Assembly: GCA_964016885.1 (NCBI GenBank)
Contig: OZ024741.1
Span: 390,538,001 to 390,602,000 of the forward strand
Direction: 5' to 3'
DNA: 64,000 nt
Origin: Eledone cirrhosa
Taxonomy: Eukaryota
Below the pieces are notes generated by a model, which ran no database searches, had not been told where the DNA came from, and was given only the letters and a program-made list of their open reading frames with translations. Below are positions 51,665 to 64,000 of the stretch, one piece after another (position 1 is the first letter of the stretch; every line of letters starts with the position of its first letter). The position numbers and the translations under genes were made by a program.

Positions 51665-54600
51665 CTGAAAACAAAAATATGATAAAAGCGATTGTTATTA
51701 CATATAATAGTTGTTGCGATGATAATGATGAATTATTTCAGTCTGCAACAGATAAATGTTTTATAATACAATGTTAATCTGCTACATTCCAAAACCAGCT
51801 ATTTAGATGCATTTAAGGCTGGAAGCAATGTTTGGTGGGAGTTTATAAGAAACTAATCAAAGCTGATATAATGAAAAATTGCTTTCAGCCAAACTATTAT
51901 GAAGTTTTTTCCTTACAATTTTACACAACGATACACATCTATCTAAAGTCTAAAATCTGTCTTGAGCCTGGAGGCTCATCAGGCTAGTGCTTTGTGGCTT
52001 TAAGTAACTGAGAGTACAAGACTCCACCTTGAACTGAACACCAGTCCATAGTAGGATTAAACCCCCAGCTATTGCTGGTACTCATTTTCAGCTGATTATA
52101 CTGGAGCAATATGAAATGAAATGTTTGGCTCAAGAACACAACATACTTTGCTCATGAACACAACTCAGTCCAGGAATCAAACACACAACATTATAATTGC
52201 AAGTCCAACAACATTACCACTAGGCCACACGCTTCCACATCTAAAAAGGATATTACAATCAGCAATTTGTAAGAGAAAAGACTACCAAGTCCACTTGTCT
52301 CTAATTGATGCTTATAAAGTTTCTAAAATAATTAACGTTAACATATTAGTAGTTAATCCAGCTTAATTAAGCAGTTATTTTGATATTCATCGTGTTTTTG
52401 TTAATATTTAGTTCGTAATCATGTTGACTAACCAAACCGACGTCTCATTACCAACCAAACTCATTCAATATATAGAAAGTCTCGGATATATGAAAAGAAA
52501 CAGGTTATTATAACATTGATGCCTTTTTATTTAATCAATTTAAACATTTGTATAGAGCTAGTGAGCCATGACAGACTAAGGGAGTATCTAGTAATTCTTA
52601 CAGTTGACATGGTCTTGTGGTTAGGGTGCTAGACTCACAATAGTCATAAGTTCGATTGCTGGACCGGGCAGCATATTGTGTTCTTGATGCTTCATTTCAT
52701 GTTGATTTTCATTATAGGACTCGAGCTCCTATCATTAAAACACCCAAGAAGCCTATGAGATACAACCTCATAAATCGACTTCCATCAGTTTCGATGATGA
52801 GTATTTCAGATGTTTGATCAACAGAACAACCTGTTTGTGAAATCAACGTGCAAGTGGCTGAGCATTCCACAAATGTATGTACTTTAATATAATTCTCAAA
52901 TAGGTTCAGCATGACACAGAGTGTGACAAGACCAGCCCTTTTAATTACAAGTACAGTCCATCCAACAGACTTCTAAACAGTTTCAGTCTACCCAGATTCA
53001 CTCACAAGGCTTGGATCAACCTGATACTACAGTAAATGACTCTTGCCCAAGATACCACACAGTGGGGTTGAACCCAGGACCAAATGGTTGCGAAGCAAAT
53101 TTATTAACCATTCTGCCATGCTATGGTTACTGTTAAAATGTATATAAACATAAAGTAAAGAATTGGCAGAACGTTAAAACATTGGATAAAATGCTTTGCA
53201 GTATTTGTTCTGGCTCTCTAAGTTCATACCCTACTGAGGTCAACTTTGCTTTTCATCCTTTCGAGGCCCAATAAAAAAAGTGTACCAGCCTAGATCTTTT
53301 TCACACTTCCTCTCTCTCACTTTCTATCCTTCTCTGGAAGAAATCTTCTGTACTCAGGCCTGGAGAAGAATAAGCTCCACCCAGCTTAAAATGTCCAAGA
53401 AATGCTGTATGTCACTGCAGCGCCCCTATGATTCCATCAGGAGTTACAGGACCATACCATATCAAACATGTCTAGCAGTTAACTTTTCTAGTCATATAAA
53501 AATATTTTAAAAAGATTCTCAGTTTGAAGTGCACCACACACCCAGTTATATTACTTTTATCAAATGACATTAAGAATATCCTGTTTATGATTTGATTGTA
53601 AGGGAGCATTTATGTGCAGTCAATTGGAACACCATAAACACCTGCCTCGTATACCAGAAATAAATGCATTTCTGGTTGACTTATTCGGTTTTACTCATAC
53701 TTGTCACTACAAGAAATGCTGTCTGTCTCTCTCTGTTATGTTATCCAAATTATTTAATACATTATTTTTTACATCAAACATTTGCTAACTTTAGATAATT
53801 TAGACCATCTGAAGATTTGAGAGTTTAAATAGCTGTATTTCAAAGGGAGACAACTCTGTAATAACTTGAACTTTGAAACATGTTTGTGGGCATGAAGTTA
53901 TTTCCCCTAAACTGTACCCAATTCATGCTCAATTTTATTCTATTATTGTATGGTTCTACTTCAGTTAGAAGAGATTTTTTTTGCTTTTCTTTTCTGAAAG
54001 CGAGTCATTTTGTTTTCTTTCAATGAGATAAATTTTATGATTTCATTGATTAATAATATCTTCTTCCTCTTTTATACACACAAGTATATGATTTCCTTCC
54101 AAACACCCTCACTACTAACCTAGATCTAAATTAAAGTCTGTTCTAAACTGAAGGCTCATCAGGCAGGTGCTTATTCCTGGTTTCCTTGGTGTCAAGCAAT
54201 TGAGAGTACAAGACTTTCTCTGGATAGGACGCCAGTCTATTGCAGGATTAACTCACCAGCTACTGCTGGTACTCAATCATCTCAGCTGAGTATACGGGAA
54301 CAACATGAAAAGTGTTTTGCTCAAGAACACAACGCAGCAGCCTGTCCAGGAATCAAACTAACAACATTATGATCCTATGTCAAGCATCCTAACCATTAGG
54401 CCATGTGGCTTCAGATCTAACCAACCCAAGAAATGAAATGAAATTTGCAGCTCATACCTATGTAGGTTCAGCCAGCCCCTTACAAGGTTGCATCTCATGG
54501 GAGGTGATTTTGGGGTTTTGATGATAAAGGCCCTAACGCAAACTTGAAGAGAAGTATCTTGCTCAAGAATACAACATGCTGTCTGGTCTAGGAATTGAAC

Positions 54601-54854
54601 CTTGTGACCACGAGTCCAGCACTCTAATCATTAAGCTACATGTCTTAATACTGTTTCTCTAAACAGATGACAAGTTGATGTCTCATTTCTTTCTTGTACA
54701 GAATTCTACATTATCAAAGGGTGTTATATATGGAGTTTCTTGTGTAACCTGATCATATATTGTATGCAGTTAGACAATTCAAATGCTGAATCACCAAATT
54801 CTTCAGATCTCAGACTCCTTTTAGCTATGACAATAACTACTTCTTGATTTTCTG

Positions 54855-55125
54855 TTTTGAGCCCGGAGGCTCATCAGACCAGAGCTTATCCTGGTTTCCA
54901 TGGTGTGAAGTAACTGAAGGTACAAGACACCACCCTGGACAGGACACCAGTCCATCTCAGGGTTGAACCCCCAGTTATTGCTGGTACTCATTTTTAGTTG
55001 AGTATACTGGAGCAATGTAAATTGAAGTATTTTTCTCAAGAACAGAACACACACACCAATCCAGGAATCAAACTCATATTATGATTGAAAGTCCAACACC
55101 TTTACCACTAGGTCACATGTCTCCA
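54855..55125 (-). mobile_element. tRNA-derived SINE with CORE-like and V-like segments; other copies near 51955-52240 (-), 54140-54415 (-), 40330-40565 (+)
   Basis: A/B boxes, TTCTTGAG.AAA..ACTT...TTGCTCCAGT.TACTCA, GATGGACTGG.GTCCTGTCCAGGG, GGATAAGCTCTGG.CTGATGAGCC. Confidence 0.75.
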
Positions 55126-55550
55126 CTCTTCAAATTAGGCCCCAGTGAATTTCAAAATGTATTGTGGCTAGGAAAAACATGGAGTGATCATGGCTGGAAT
55201 GCATTTGATTATTGGTGCTCACCTGGGGCTGAACAACAACACAAGAATAGCATTTGATCACACAATAAACAGATGATAGTGACAGCTTTCCGATTCAGTC
55301 ATTTATCCAAATCAACAAGATCCCATTGTTTGATTACTGAGTGAGGTGGATTCATCAGATCAGGCCAAGGAAACAATATTTCTATTGGTTTTGCCAATTG
55401 CTGATACTATCTACCAGTCTCAATCGGTATGAATAAGGTGACCTTTTTTAATGGCAACTTGATCAGCAATCATAATCTATCAATGATGATAAATATATAT
55501 AGCAGGTCAAGTAACCAAGTAGATGCTTCCATGTTGGATCATCCTAAACT

Positions 55551-55555
<5 letters not shown>

Positions 55556-55611
<56 letters not shown>
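55556..55611. repeat. (TA)n microsatellite
   Basis: Perfect run. Confidence 0.98.
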
Positions 55612-55615
<4 letters not shown>

Positions 55616-56158
55616 TTCCTAAACTAAGCACCTAATGATACTAACATAGGACCAGAACTGACCAACAATTCCGCCGGTCTTCTTAGAGTCATACAGGGGC
55701 CGACCATTGAGGAAATAACATGACACGCCCGATTGGCCTCCTGTATCAAGACAAGAAAAGTAAACCTTTTCCAATTTTAAAGGCTTTTTGTAATATTTCA
55801 TTGTTTTTTGGGGTTTTTTCAGGTTTACCGTTTGATAAGCTCAGGCTGTCATAACTGATAGTCCTCAGCGAACTGTACATTACGGATTTTAATAAACCAA
55901 AACCAAATGAATATGGCCTCAGTTTTGTATTGATATATCATCATCATTATTATCATCACCATTTTACGTTCATTCTTCCATGCTAGCATGGGTTAGCTGT
56001 CCAGTTGTGGGCAATGCCAGGTCAGGTGACCATGTCTTGCTCATACAGAATTGATTTCTACAGCTGGATGTCCTTTCTAACACCAACCTCATTTACAGTG
56101 AGTACTGGATACTTTTTACTACAGCGACTACACAACCACTTTACAGTGGGAGGGGCGG

Positions 56159-56195
<37 letters not shown>

Positions 56196-58574
56196 CCAGG
56201 GCCTTCTTACGCCTGGATGACCTCCCTGGTTAACCTCCACCACCTTCTGTTTGGTTTTGGTCTTGTCTGTGCGCTCAGAGTTTACATTGAGTGGCAATAG
56301 AGAGAAAGTTCCAACTTCTTTTCTGCATGTTGTGCATATTAATTTGGCATGTAGCAAAGTGTTAAGAGACAAGCAATAATGACTTTAAAACTTAACACTC
56401 TGCAATGATTGAGCAGAAAATACCTAAAGATGGGTCTGTTAATTCAAATGTTTATAGTATCTTCACTATTGAACAGAAAATTGTGAAAATTTGTAAATTT
56501 TTAATGTGATGCAGTGATGGTGATGTTTTATACTTCTCAAGAATGTTTTGCTAATGTAATTTCATACGGTAAAGAACATTAAGAGTTAAAGACTCCATCT
56601 ATTATGTTATAGTGATATATTTTACTAATCTCTATGCAATAATATGTTTTGATGAAACCTAGAGAACTAGCAGCAATAACAGAGTGTAATCAATGAAAGT
56701 GTTACAAGGGTACTAAATTGGAGGGAAATTGCAAACAAGCAATACTGTCTTTTTTTTTTTTAACGACTGCATCTACAATGTTAAGTTTATAGTTGCAGCC
56801 ATATATACATCAGTAGTAAAAACAGAACACACTATTGAAGGGAACCAAAACAAAAACAAAAAAGAGAAGAAAAAAGAGGAAAATGAGAAAAAGAAAAAAG
56901 AATCGAGCAATGAAAGAAAGGAAGAGGGACAAACACTACACCCCAGTCTGAACAGTGCCTTAGTTGCAACCTGCAGACAAAATGGCCAGAAACACCTGCT
57001 GCAAAAGCCACCCCCACCTCATGGGGCTCCTCCTCAAGTGGGCCACTGTCTTTCCAATTTTGTGGAGGAAAATAGCAGTGCAGGGACCAAGGACATTAGA
57101 GGTTTCAACAGAGACTGGTACAAAGAGAAAGTGGTCGGTCAGGCTTCCTCATTATTTATTTCCATGCAACAATACAACATGATTGGAACTGGCAGTAATG
57201 ACATCATCCTGTTCATAGAAGATCGGAATCAATTGTCAAAATAGAATAATAAAGACGATCTCAATAAAAAAAATATATTATCAAGAAATCAGAAACAATT
57301 TTGCTGTGGTGGCAATAAACAGACAAATTATATGATAGAAATAATTTTAGCCTTAACATTAACGACAGCTATAGTTGTTTTGCTTTGCACCAGCCAATAT
57401 GTTAAGATCATTAGTATTGAATTATCTTTAACAACAATTCCAATTCTGTTAGATAACACAAAAGCCAACTAAAGGCATCAGATACCAATAAAATGTGTGG
57501 AAGGAAGGTTGGGAGGACAAAAAAAGTACAGCCATGGGGAGAGAGGGAGGGGTCTACATGAAAAGGTTAGAAATCAACACTCCAAATGACATTTGACAAA
57601 CACCAAAACTGAAGGTTGACAAATTAATAAGATGAAGATAAAATAGGAACATGTCAAAATAAACATCAGCTGACAGAGATAGATATTTTTTTAAATAATA
57701 AAAAATAGACATAGATTATTATCAGTATATAAGAAAAAAAATACTAGAAATCTTCAGTTAATGGAGGAATTTAAAAAGATAATTTTAGATCCATAACTTA
57801 AATACATAAGAAATGTTCTAACAATGTTCCCCTCATGGTATACATACATAGATTAACCTTCAGCATGTTTCTTATTAAAAACACAACTTTGCAAACACAA
57901 TTCCCATTATAGAGGCAAAGAGACAAAGTTAAAATGATACTCAAGGCTGTTATGTAACTCTCCTGCTGTATGTTTGGCCAACTAATATATGACATAGTCC
58001 AACCATTTCTAGCAGGGAACGTGGACATTAAATAATGATCATGATGATTCCAAGTGAATAATCTTGCAGTAGGAAGGAAACTCAACTGTAAAGGTAATTA
58101 GCTTAATGAAGGTGGCTTGCAATCAAAAGAAGTCAATATAGGTTAAATAGGACTCTTCGGTTTTACAGAGTACGTGAGAATCCCTCTAGTGCTAAAACCA
58201 CAATCAAATGCACCCAGTACATTCTGTAAGCTGGTTGACATTAGGAAGAGCTTCCAAACATTGAAGATATGCCAAAATATGGAACATATGAGCAAGATGA
58301 GGTCTCTTCAATCCATCTAATCTTGAACTGTTACAACCAGTCCAACCAATGCCAGCACAGAAAGTAGGTGTTAAATGATGATGATGATGATGATGATGAT
58401 GAGTGCAAATATCCAAATTTTGAAGTCCATCACACCCATGCTAAAGATGAATGCAGAACAATATGTTCTTCAATTTGTTTTAGCCATCAGAGTCAGGGCC
58501 ATGCTAGAACACTGCAATCATAATTTTAAATTATTGCTTCAGCCATGAGTTTAAACTATTTATGGATTTCTGTC

Positions 58575-59255
58575 ATTGAAATATGAAAGAAAAGACAAGA
58601 TTAAGAGTAGTGAAAGTAGGGAATGGAAGAAAAAGAAAAGATATTTGTAGAGAAAAGAGAAAGTGCAAGATAGAGAAAAGAGAAAGTAGATAAAAATACA
58701 TAAGAGAGTGTGGGAGAGAGAAAGTGTGAAGAGGAGATAGGCAAGTATAAAGTAGAAGAAGGAGAGGAAGAGTAAAAAGATGAAGAAAGAGTAAAAGGGA
58801 GACAGTGGGAGAGACAGAAAGAGTAAAAAGGGAGACAGTGGTAGGAGAAAATAATTACAAGTGGTAGAAAGATATAACATAAAGAGAGAGTGGAACAGTA
58901 GAGTGTGTGGGGGAAAGATAGAATAAAGCAAAACAGTGGGAGAAAGTCAGAGTAAAGAGAGTATTGTGAGATAGTGAGATAAAGTAAAGTAAAACAGGAG
59001 AAAGTCAAAGAAAAAAGCTTAGGGGAAAGGTAATAAGTGGAAGAAAGAAAATAGAGAAAGGGTGAGAAGGAAATGGAGAAATAGAGCAGTAGGATAGGGA
59101 GTAAAGAGAGAGAATGGTAGGGAGGCATTGTATAAGTGTCCAGTTTAAAACTGCCTGGTCAGAGAGGCCTTGTAGTGTCCAGTTTAAAACCACTTGGTCA
59201 GAGAGGCCTTGTATAGTATCCAGTTTAAAACAGCCTGTATAGTGTCCAGTTTAAG
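58575..59255. repeat. ~550-bp purine-rich (GA) low-complexity tract followed by a ~38-40-bp tandem repeat (59128-59255)
   Basis: Predominantly A/G on the + strand; AGT.TCCAGTTTAA occurs 4 times. Confidence 0.9.
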
Positions 59256-59805
59256 ACCAGCTGGTCTTGGCTGTCTTTAACAAAGTTCGGGGAGGGGGTA
59301 TAGTTTTTTTGTTTTCTGTTGTTGTTGTTGTTTTGGGGGGAGGGGGGGGGGGGTTAAAGATTAGATCTGCTCTGTCCACCCCCTCACTTTCTCCATTTAT
59401 TTCCAGCAGATACTGAACTACACATGTTGCCTGTGGGTATTGAGCGACATTAATGTTACCAGTTTGGTCTTGGGGACAGGAGAGGGGAGCAGTTATAACC
59501 ACAATCACTCCTCCTCCCCCTCACTGACAAAGAACAGAAACGGGGAGGGAGGGGAGTAATGAAAGGATAAAATAAAACAGAAAGAATGAAAAAAGAAAAG
59601 AAAAGAAAAAAAGAAAGAAAAATATCAGAATTAGATGACATATTTGCCAATGTTTTTACCATCATCATCAGAAACATGGTCAATTGCATCAATAAAAATG
59701 AGGCCTTTATAAAATTATTGGGAATTTAGTTTGTATAACGATTATAGTCAGCTCTGACATTCTGAAATCAAATACTGCTGTAGCCTACATGGGTGGTAGA
59801 CTTAA

Positions 59806-60062
59806 CCCTTGTTACCTATTTCAAATGAAAAAATACTGCCTGTGATTTTCAAATTATTTTGAATATAATCCAGAATTTTGAAGGGTTTGGGAATATAACT
59901 AACATTCTCATTATTCAGCTGGTGTCTGGAATATAGCATAACAAAGGTTCTTACATAAAATTATGATGGAAGGATTTTTAGAAAAATATAAACAAGCAAA
60001 AATAAACAGCCTTATACCATCATAAATCGAGGGGCAGTTTCAGGTGTTTTGTATGAAAAGGG
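59806..60062. mobile_element. piggyBac-type MITE flanked by TTAA; degenerate relatives near 8634, 16010-16985, 27665, 49650
   Basis: TTAA-CCCTTGTTAC...GTATGAAAAGGG-TTAA. Confidence 0.65.
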
Positions 60063-61417
60063 TTAATCCGTCACTTGGTTTAATATCATAACCTGGCCCT
60101 TGGGTGTCTTTAGCAGAGCCCAATCTGCTGCAAGCATTCAGGGCAGGTCTGTGGTCTGAAGATGTTTGAAGATACTAATCTTGGAGCCCCTAAAAAAAAT
60201 CATGGGTACTGCCCTTCCCTCTTCGATTAAACAGCATAAAAAGATCATAGGTGCTATGCAACTCCAACTAGTGCTCCAATCACCCAACATGCAAGGATTG
60301 TAAAAAGGAATAATATTGGCTTTTCTTAAAATCACAACAATGTGGAGCATTGATGAATGGACTATCAAATCAATTCTGACTTCTAGTGGCCTTATGGAAC
60401 ATCTATGTCTATGTGGCTTCCCTGGCACATGTTATGTAAATTAAAGATGGTAAGAAAACAAATATACAGATTTGTTAACTAGTTACACTATAGGAATAGT
60501 TATAGGTAGAAAGGAATTCAGAAATTTGGGTTTGAAGAACTGTGATAGAAACTTTGACTCCAACAAACAGAAACTGTGATGGGATGAATGAGAAGTGAAA
60601 ATCTAGATAAACACATTCCACTCATGGTAATTTGTAACTTCTCCTTCCTCTCTCTCTATTTTTATTCAATAACTCATCACCACACCAGATATGAATAGAG
60701 CAGATTTCTTCCAGAGAAGGATAGAAAGTGAGAGAAAGAAAGTGAGAAAGAGATATACAGGAAAAACCTTAAATGGATAAAAGGCAAAGTTGACCTCAGA
60801 GGGATTTGAACTCAGAAAACAAAGAGCTGAAACTAATACTGCAAAGCACTCTATCCAATGTTCTAATGACTGCCAATTTGCCAAACTTACTATTGATTTA
60901 TTACTTAGAAAGCAATAAATGAATAGTCAAAGGATGAAGGAAATTTTAACTTGGAATGGATACCAACAATATATATAAATAGGACGATGTGTATTTTTTA
61001 AAACCACATGTGATTATCATCGTTATTTCCTGATTTGCTTTTAGTGTGTAATAATAGATAGTTAAATCTTCTCCTTTGCCGATGATCCAAGATTTAACAT
61101 CTGTGATTCACCGATTAATGGTGAAATATATTTCTTTAATGGAATATATACAACGGAGATTAATCATTATTGCAAGGTTCTCGTTAATTTTTAATACGTT
61201 ACCTCCGTAACTATGTGTGTTTACAATCTTTACAAATTATTCCCTGTAATTGTTTGATATGTTTATTTTATATATATATATATGTCAATCGATTTTTAAT
61301 TCAATGTTAATAAATGCTCAGATTTATTCCTTAGAATCTTGGAGCTTATTCTACAGGTATGACGCATGTTTCTGATATTCTCAGATATGACATCTTTAAT
61401 TTAATTTTATATATATA

Positions 61418-63918
61418 TTCTTCGCCCACTTATTCCTGAGAGGATCGTGGAGGCAGAGTCCTCAAACACTCCTTCCAACTGACCCAGTAGGATCCGTAAA
61501 CGAGACCAGCAGAGCTCATGGATATTATCCAACCATCTTGCTCAGGATCTATCCCTAGGTCTCCTGCCAGTTGATCTTGCCCGTAAAATCTGTCTAGCTA
61601 TTCTTTCCACATTCTAACCACATGCCCATAGTCTCGGAGCTGTGATCTCTCAATTCAGAGAAGTAGCCGCTCTACCTGGAGTGACTCACTGATCTCTGAG
61701 CTACACAATATCAAGTAATGTTACTTCAAAGACCCTTTGGAGGAACCCCATTCGATATCATATTCTTTCGGTCATTGCCAAAGATTCATGACCATAGGTA
61801 AGGGTTGACACAAATACCAAATTAAAGATAGCGAGTTTGGCTTTTGCGCCCCCCCCCCCTCCTTTCTTCTGATTATTGAATGCTGAAGCTGGTCCATTAC
61901 TGCACCAGCTCCTGCAATTCTTGCACTTAATTAAGCCTCCTGCCTTACATCACTCGTGAACACAGCGCCAAGATACTTTAACTTCTCTACCTGCTTCAGT
62001 GGAACTCCATTTACACGTAAAGTGCACTGCACAGGCTTCCTTTAGAGGATGAGTGTCACAGTTTTCGCAGTATTGATTTTTATTCCAGCCATACAGCACT
62101 CGGCTTCAAACCTATCAAATGTAAGTAGAAGATCACCTTCTGTCGAGTTAAGTAACAGCATGTCGTCTGCAAATTCCAGCCGACCGATTTTACATCCGCC
62201 AGTCATGATACCTCTTCCAACCCAGCTACGCATTTCAATCCTGTTCGTGTAAATAATGAACAGGAGAGGTGATAGTACGCACCCTAGGCGGAGTCTGACA
62301 CACTGAATAGTTTTGATTTAGCCCCATTTACAAATACTTGAGCATTCATATAGAGACATCAGGGCACCGAGGAGCTGACTATTGATCCCAGACTCCTGCA
62401 GAATCTTCCACAGCAGGTCCCAAGGAGTGCAGTCATATGCCATTTCAAGGTCGACAAAATAAAATATACCTCTTGGCAATACTCCCATGATTTCTCAAAG
62501 ACCTGGCGCAGTGTAAATATTTGGTCGGCTGTGCTGCTTCCAGGTCGAAAGCCACACTGTTCATCAGCTAGCTTGGACATGACAATTTCCTTGCATCTCT
62601 TTGCCAGACACATAGCATAGATTATACAGGGGAGGCTTAACAAGGAGATCTCTCTGTAATTGGAACAATTTCTCTCGTCTCCCTTTTTGAAAATTGTAAT
62701 TATCAATTCTGATTGCCATTGCTTAAGTGCCTTTCCAGATATCCAGGCGACCCAGCACACACGAGTCAGCCAGAGAATACCTTCTCTATTTAAAGCTTTT
62801 AACATCTTGGGGCGATTTTCGTCTTCTCCAGCAGACTTGCTACATATGATCTCTTTAACTGCTCTTGTGACCTCAGCCTCTGAGAGATTAGTCACTGCTC
62901 CCAGATACACCTCATGCACATGGAAGATGTTATTGTGATTGGGTTTAGGAGGTCAGCAAAGTATTCTCCCCACCTCGCGAAGATGCACCTCTCTGAAGAG
63001 AGGAGAACCCCAGATGTGTTCTTGGTAGCAGGTGTGGAGGAGAGTTTCTTATTACAAAGTCAGCTGACAGTCTGCCAGAACACTTTATTTGCTGATGTGA
63101 AGTTGGATTCCAGCTTAACCCTAAAGTCCTCCCATATCTTAACTTTGAACTTAACTGTCTCTGCTGTAATTCCTTATGCCTGCTTGTACTGCAAGTACAA
63201 GAAAGAGGACTTATTTCCAAGCCAAGCTTTGTAAGCCTCCTTCTTTGCTCAGGGAGGTGTGGGATGGATGCACAAAGTTCGCATATAGTGAGACCCCAAA
63301 GAAGGTCCAGAAGGAAGCAAACTTTAACAGTTGGAACCTGGGACATCACAACCCTTACATGTAAGGAGCAGGAAGTAATGGAGAAGGATAGATGCTATCA
63401 GATAGATATAGTTGGGGATTCCTCAACAAAATTTGATGGCTCTGATACTGTAGATTTGGATGGAGGATGGAAGCTCCACTATTCAGTTGTGGTGCCAGAA
63501 ATGACTGTACAGGTGGGAGTGGGGATACTCACAAGACCCTGGCTATCAGAATGTGTTGGGGATTGGATCCCGTTAGGAGAGAGGATTTGCCTCTTGAAGC
63601 TTAGGCTGAAAGATAGGTCTCTGTGGGTGGTGCAAATTTATGTATTAAACAAGGAGTCCAAATACAGACCCTTCCTTGATGAAGTCATTGCAGTGTTAGA
63701 TGTAGTTAAGACTGAGTCATATCTCCAGATGGAAGACTTCAATGCACATGTTGGCACTGACCACCGGACATGGAAAGGGGTGATTGGAAGGAACAGCGAC
63801 CCCAATCTAAATACGAATGGAGAGGCCTTACTTGACTTCTGCTCTAGCAATGGACTATCTATTATGAACACCTTCTTCCAGGACAGAGACATCTATAAAT
63901 ATACATGGTATAAGGGGA
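61418..63918 (-). mobile_element. RTE-clade LINE with inverted 5' segment: 61418-63254 (-; linker-RT-3' end) joined to 63255-63918 (+; ORF start-APE)
   Basis: Minus: KKGD..NCSNYREISLL, EQCGFRPG, LEFADDML. Plus: LTVGTWDITTLT.KEQE...DFNAHVG...YTWYKG. Both parts match the 28005-29535 copy. Confidence 0.92.
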
Positions 63919-64000
63919 TGATGTCAAGTTGATCCATCCAATCTAAGATAACAGTTCCTCTTGCCTTGCTATAAAAATTAAACTGGAGTAGCTAGAAGAT

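Noticed and set aside
54850-54885. Minus-strand CTGATGAGCC...GGCTCAAAAC as a hammerhead (also ~51960-51980)
   Set aside because: No GAAA box and no stem I/III pairing; it is the 3' part of a SINE.
56729-57244. 171-aa plus-strand ORF
   Set aside because: Non-ATG start, K/E run from an A-rich tract, no recognisable domain, antisense to PIP5K1.
61203-61243. Small AG...GT-bounded segment (GAG|gtaacg) as an upstream coding exon
   Set aside because: Stops in all three frames; at most an unsupported UTR exon.

Overview
Repeat-dense, AT-rich animal genomic DNA. The SINE/RTE repertoire and long (TA)n/(GT)n tracts suggest a cephalopod (Octopus-like); this is an inference. The window lies largely within one minus-strand gene, a type I phosphatidylinositol-4-phosphate 5-kinase (PIP5K1). 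Eight phase-consistent GT-AG coding exons (51664 down to 14425, 1000 nt) encode the N-terminal region and most of the kinase core (GASGS, IIKTV, YDLKGS, MDYSLL). A likely ninth exon lies in the kinase insert (10263-10343). The first exon and the C-terminal IIDILQ/activation-loop exons were not found. Introns hold several RTE-clade LINE families, tRNA-derived SINEs (some with intact TSDs), piggyBac- and Tc/pogo-type MITEs, and mini/microsatellites. Positions 1-1079 hold a Penelope-like (probably Naiad-type) RT frame on the minus strand, missed by the ORF track. Next to it is an oppositely oriented type I hammerhead ribozyme motif with an unusually long stem II. Other notable items: a PHD-type finger inside an RTE reverse transcriptase, a twin-priming-like 5' inversion in an RTE LINE, a tail-to-tail LINE fusion, and inverted repeats bracketing candidate cassette/poison exons.
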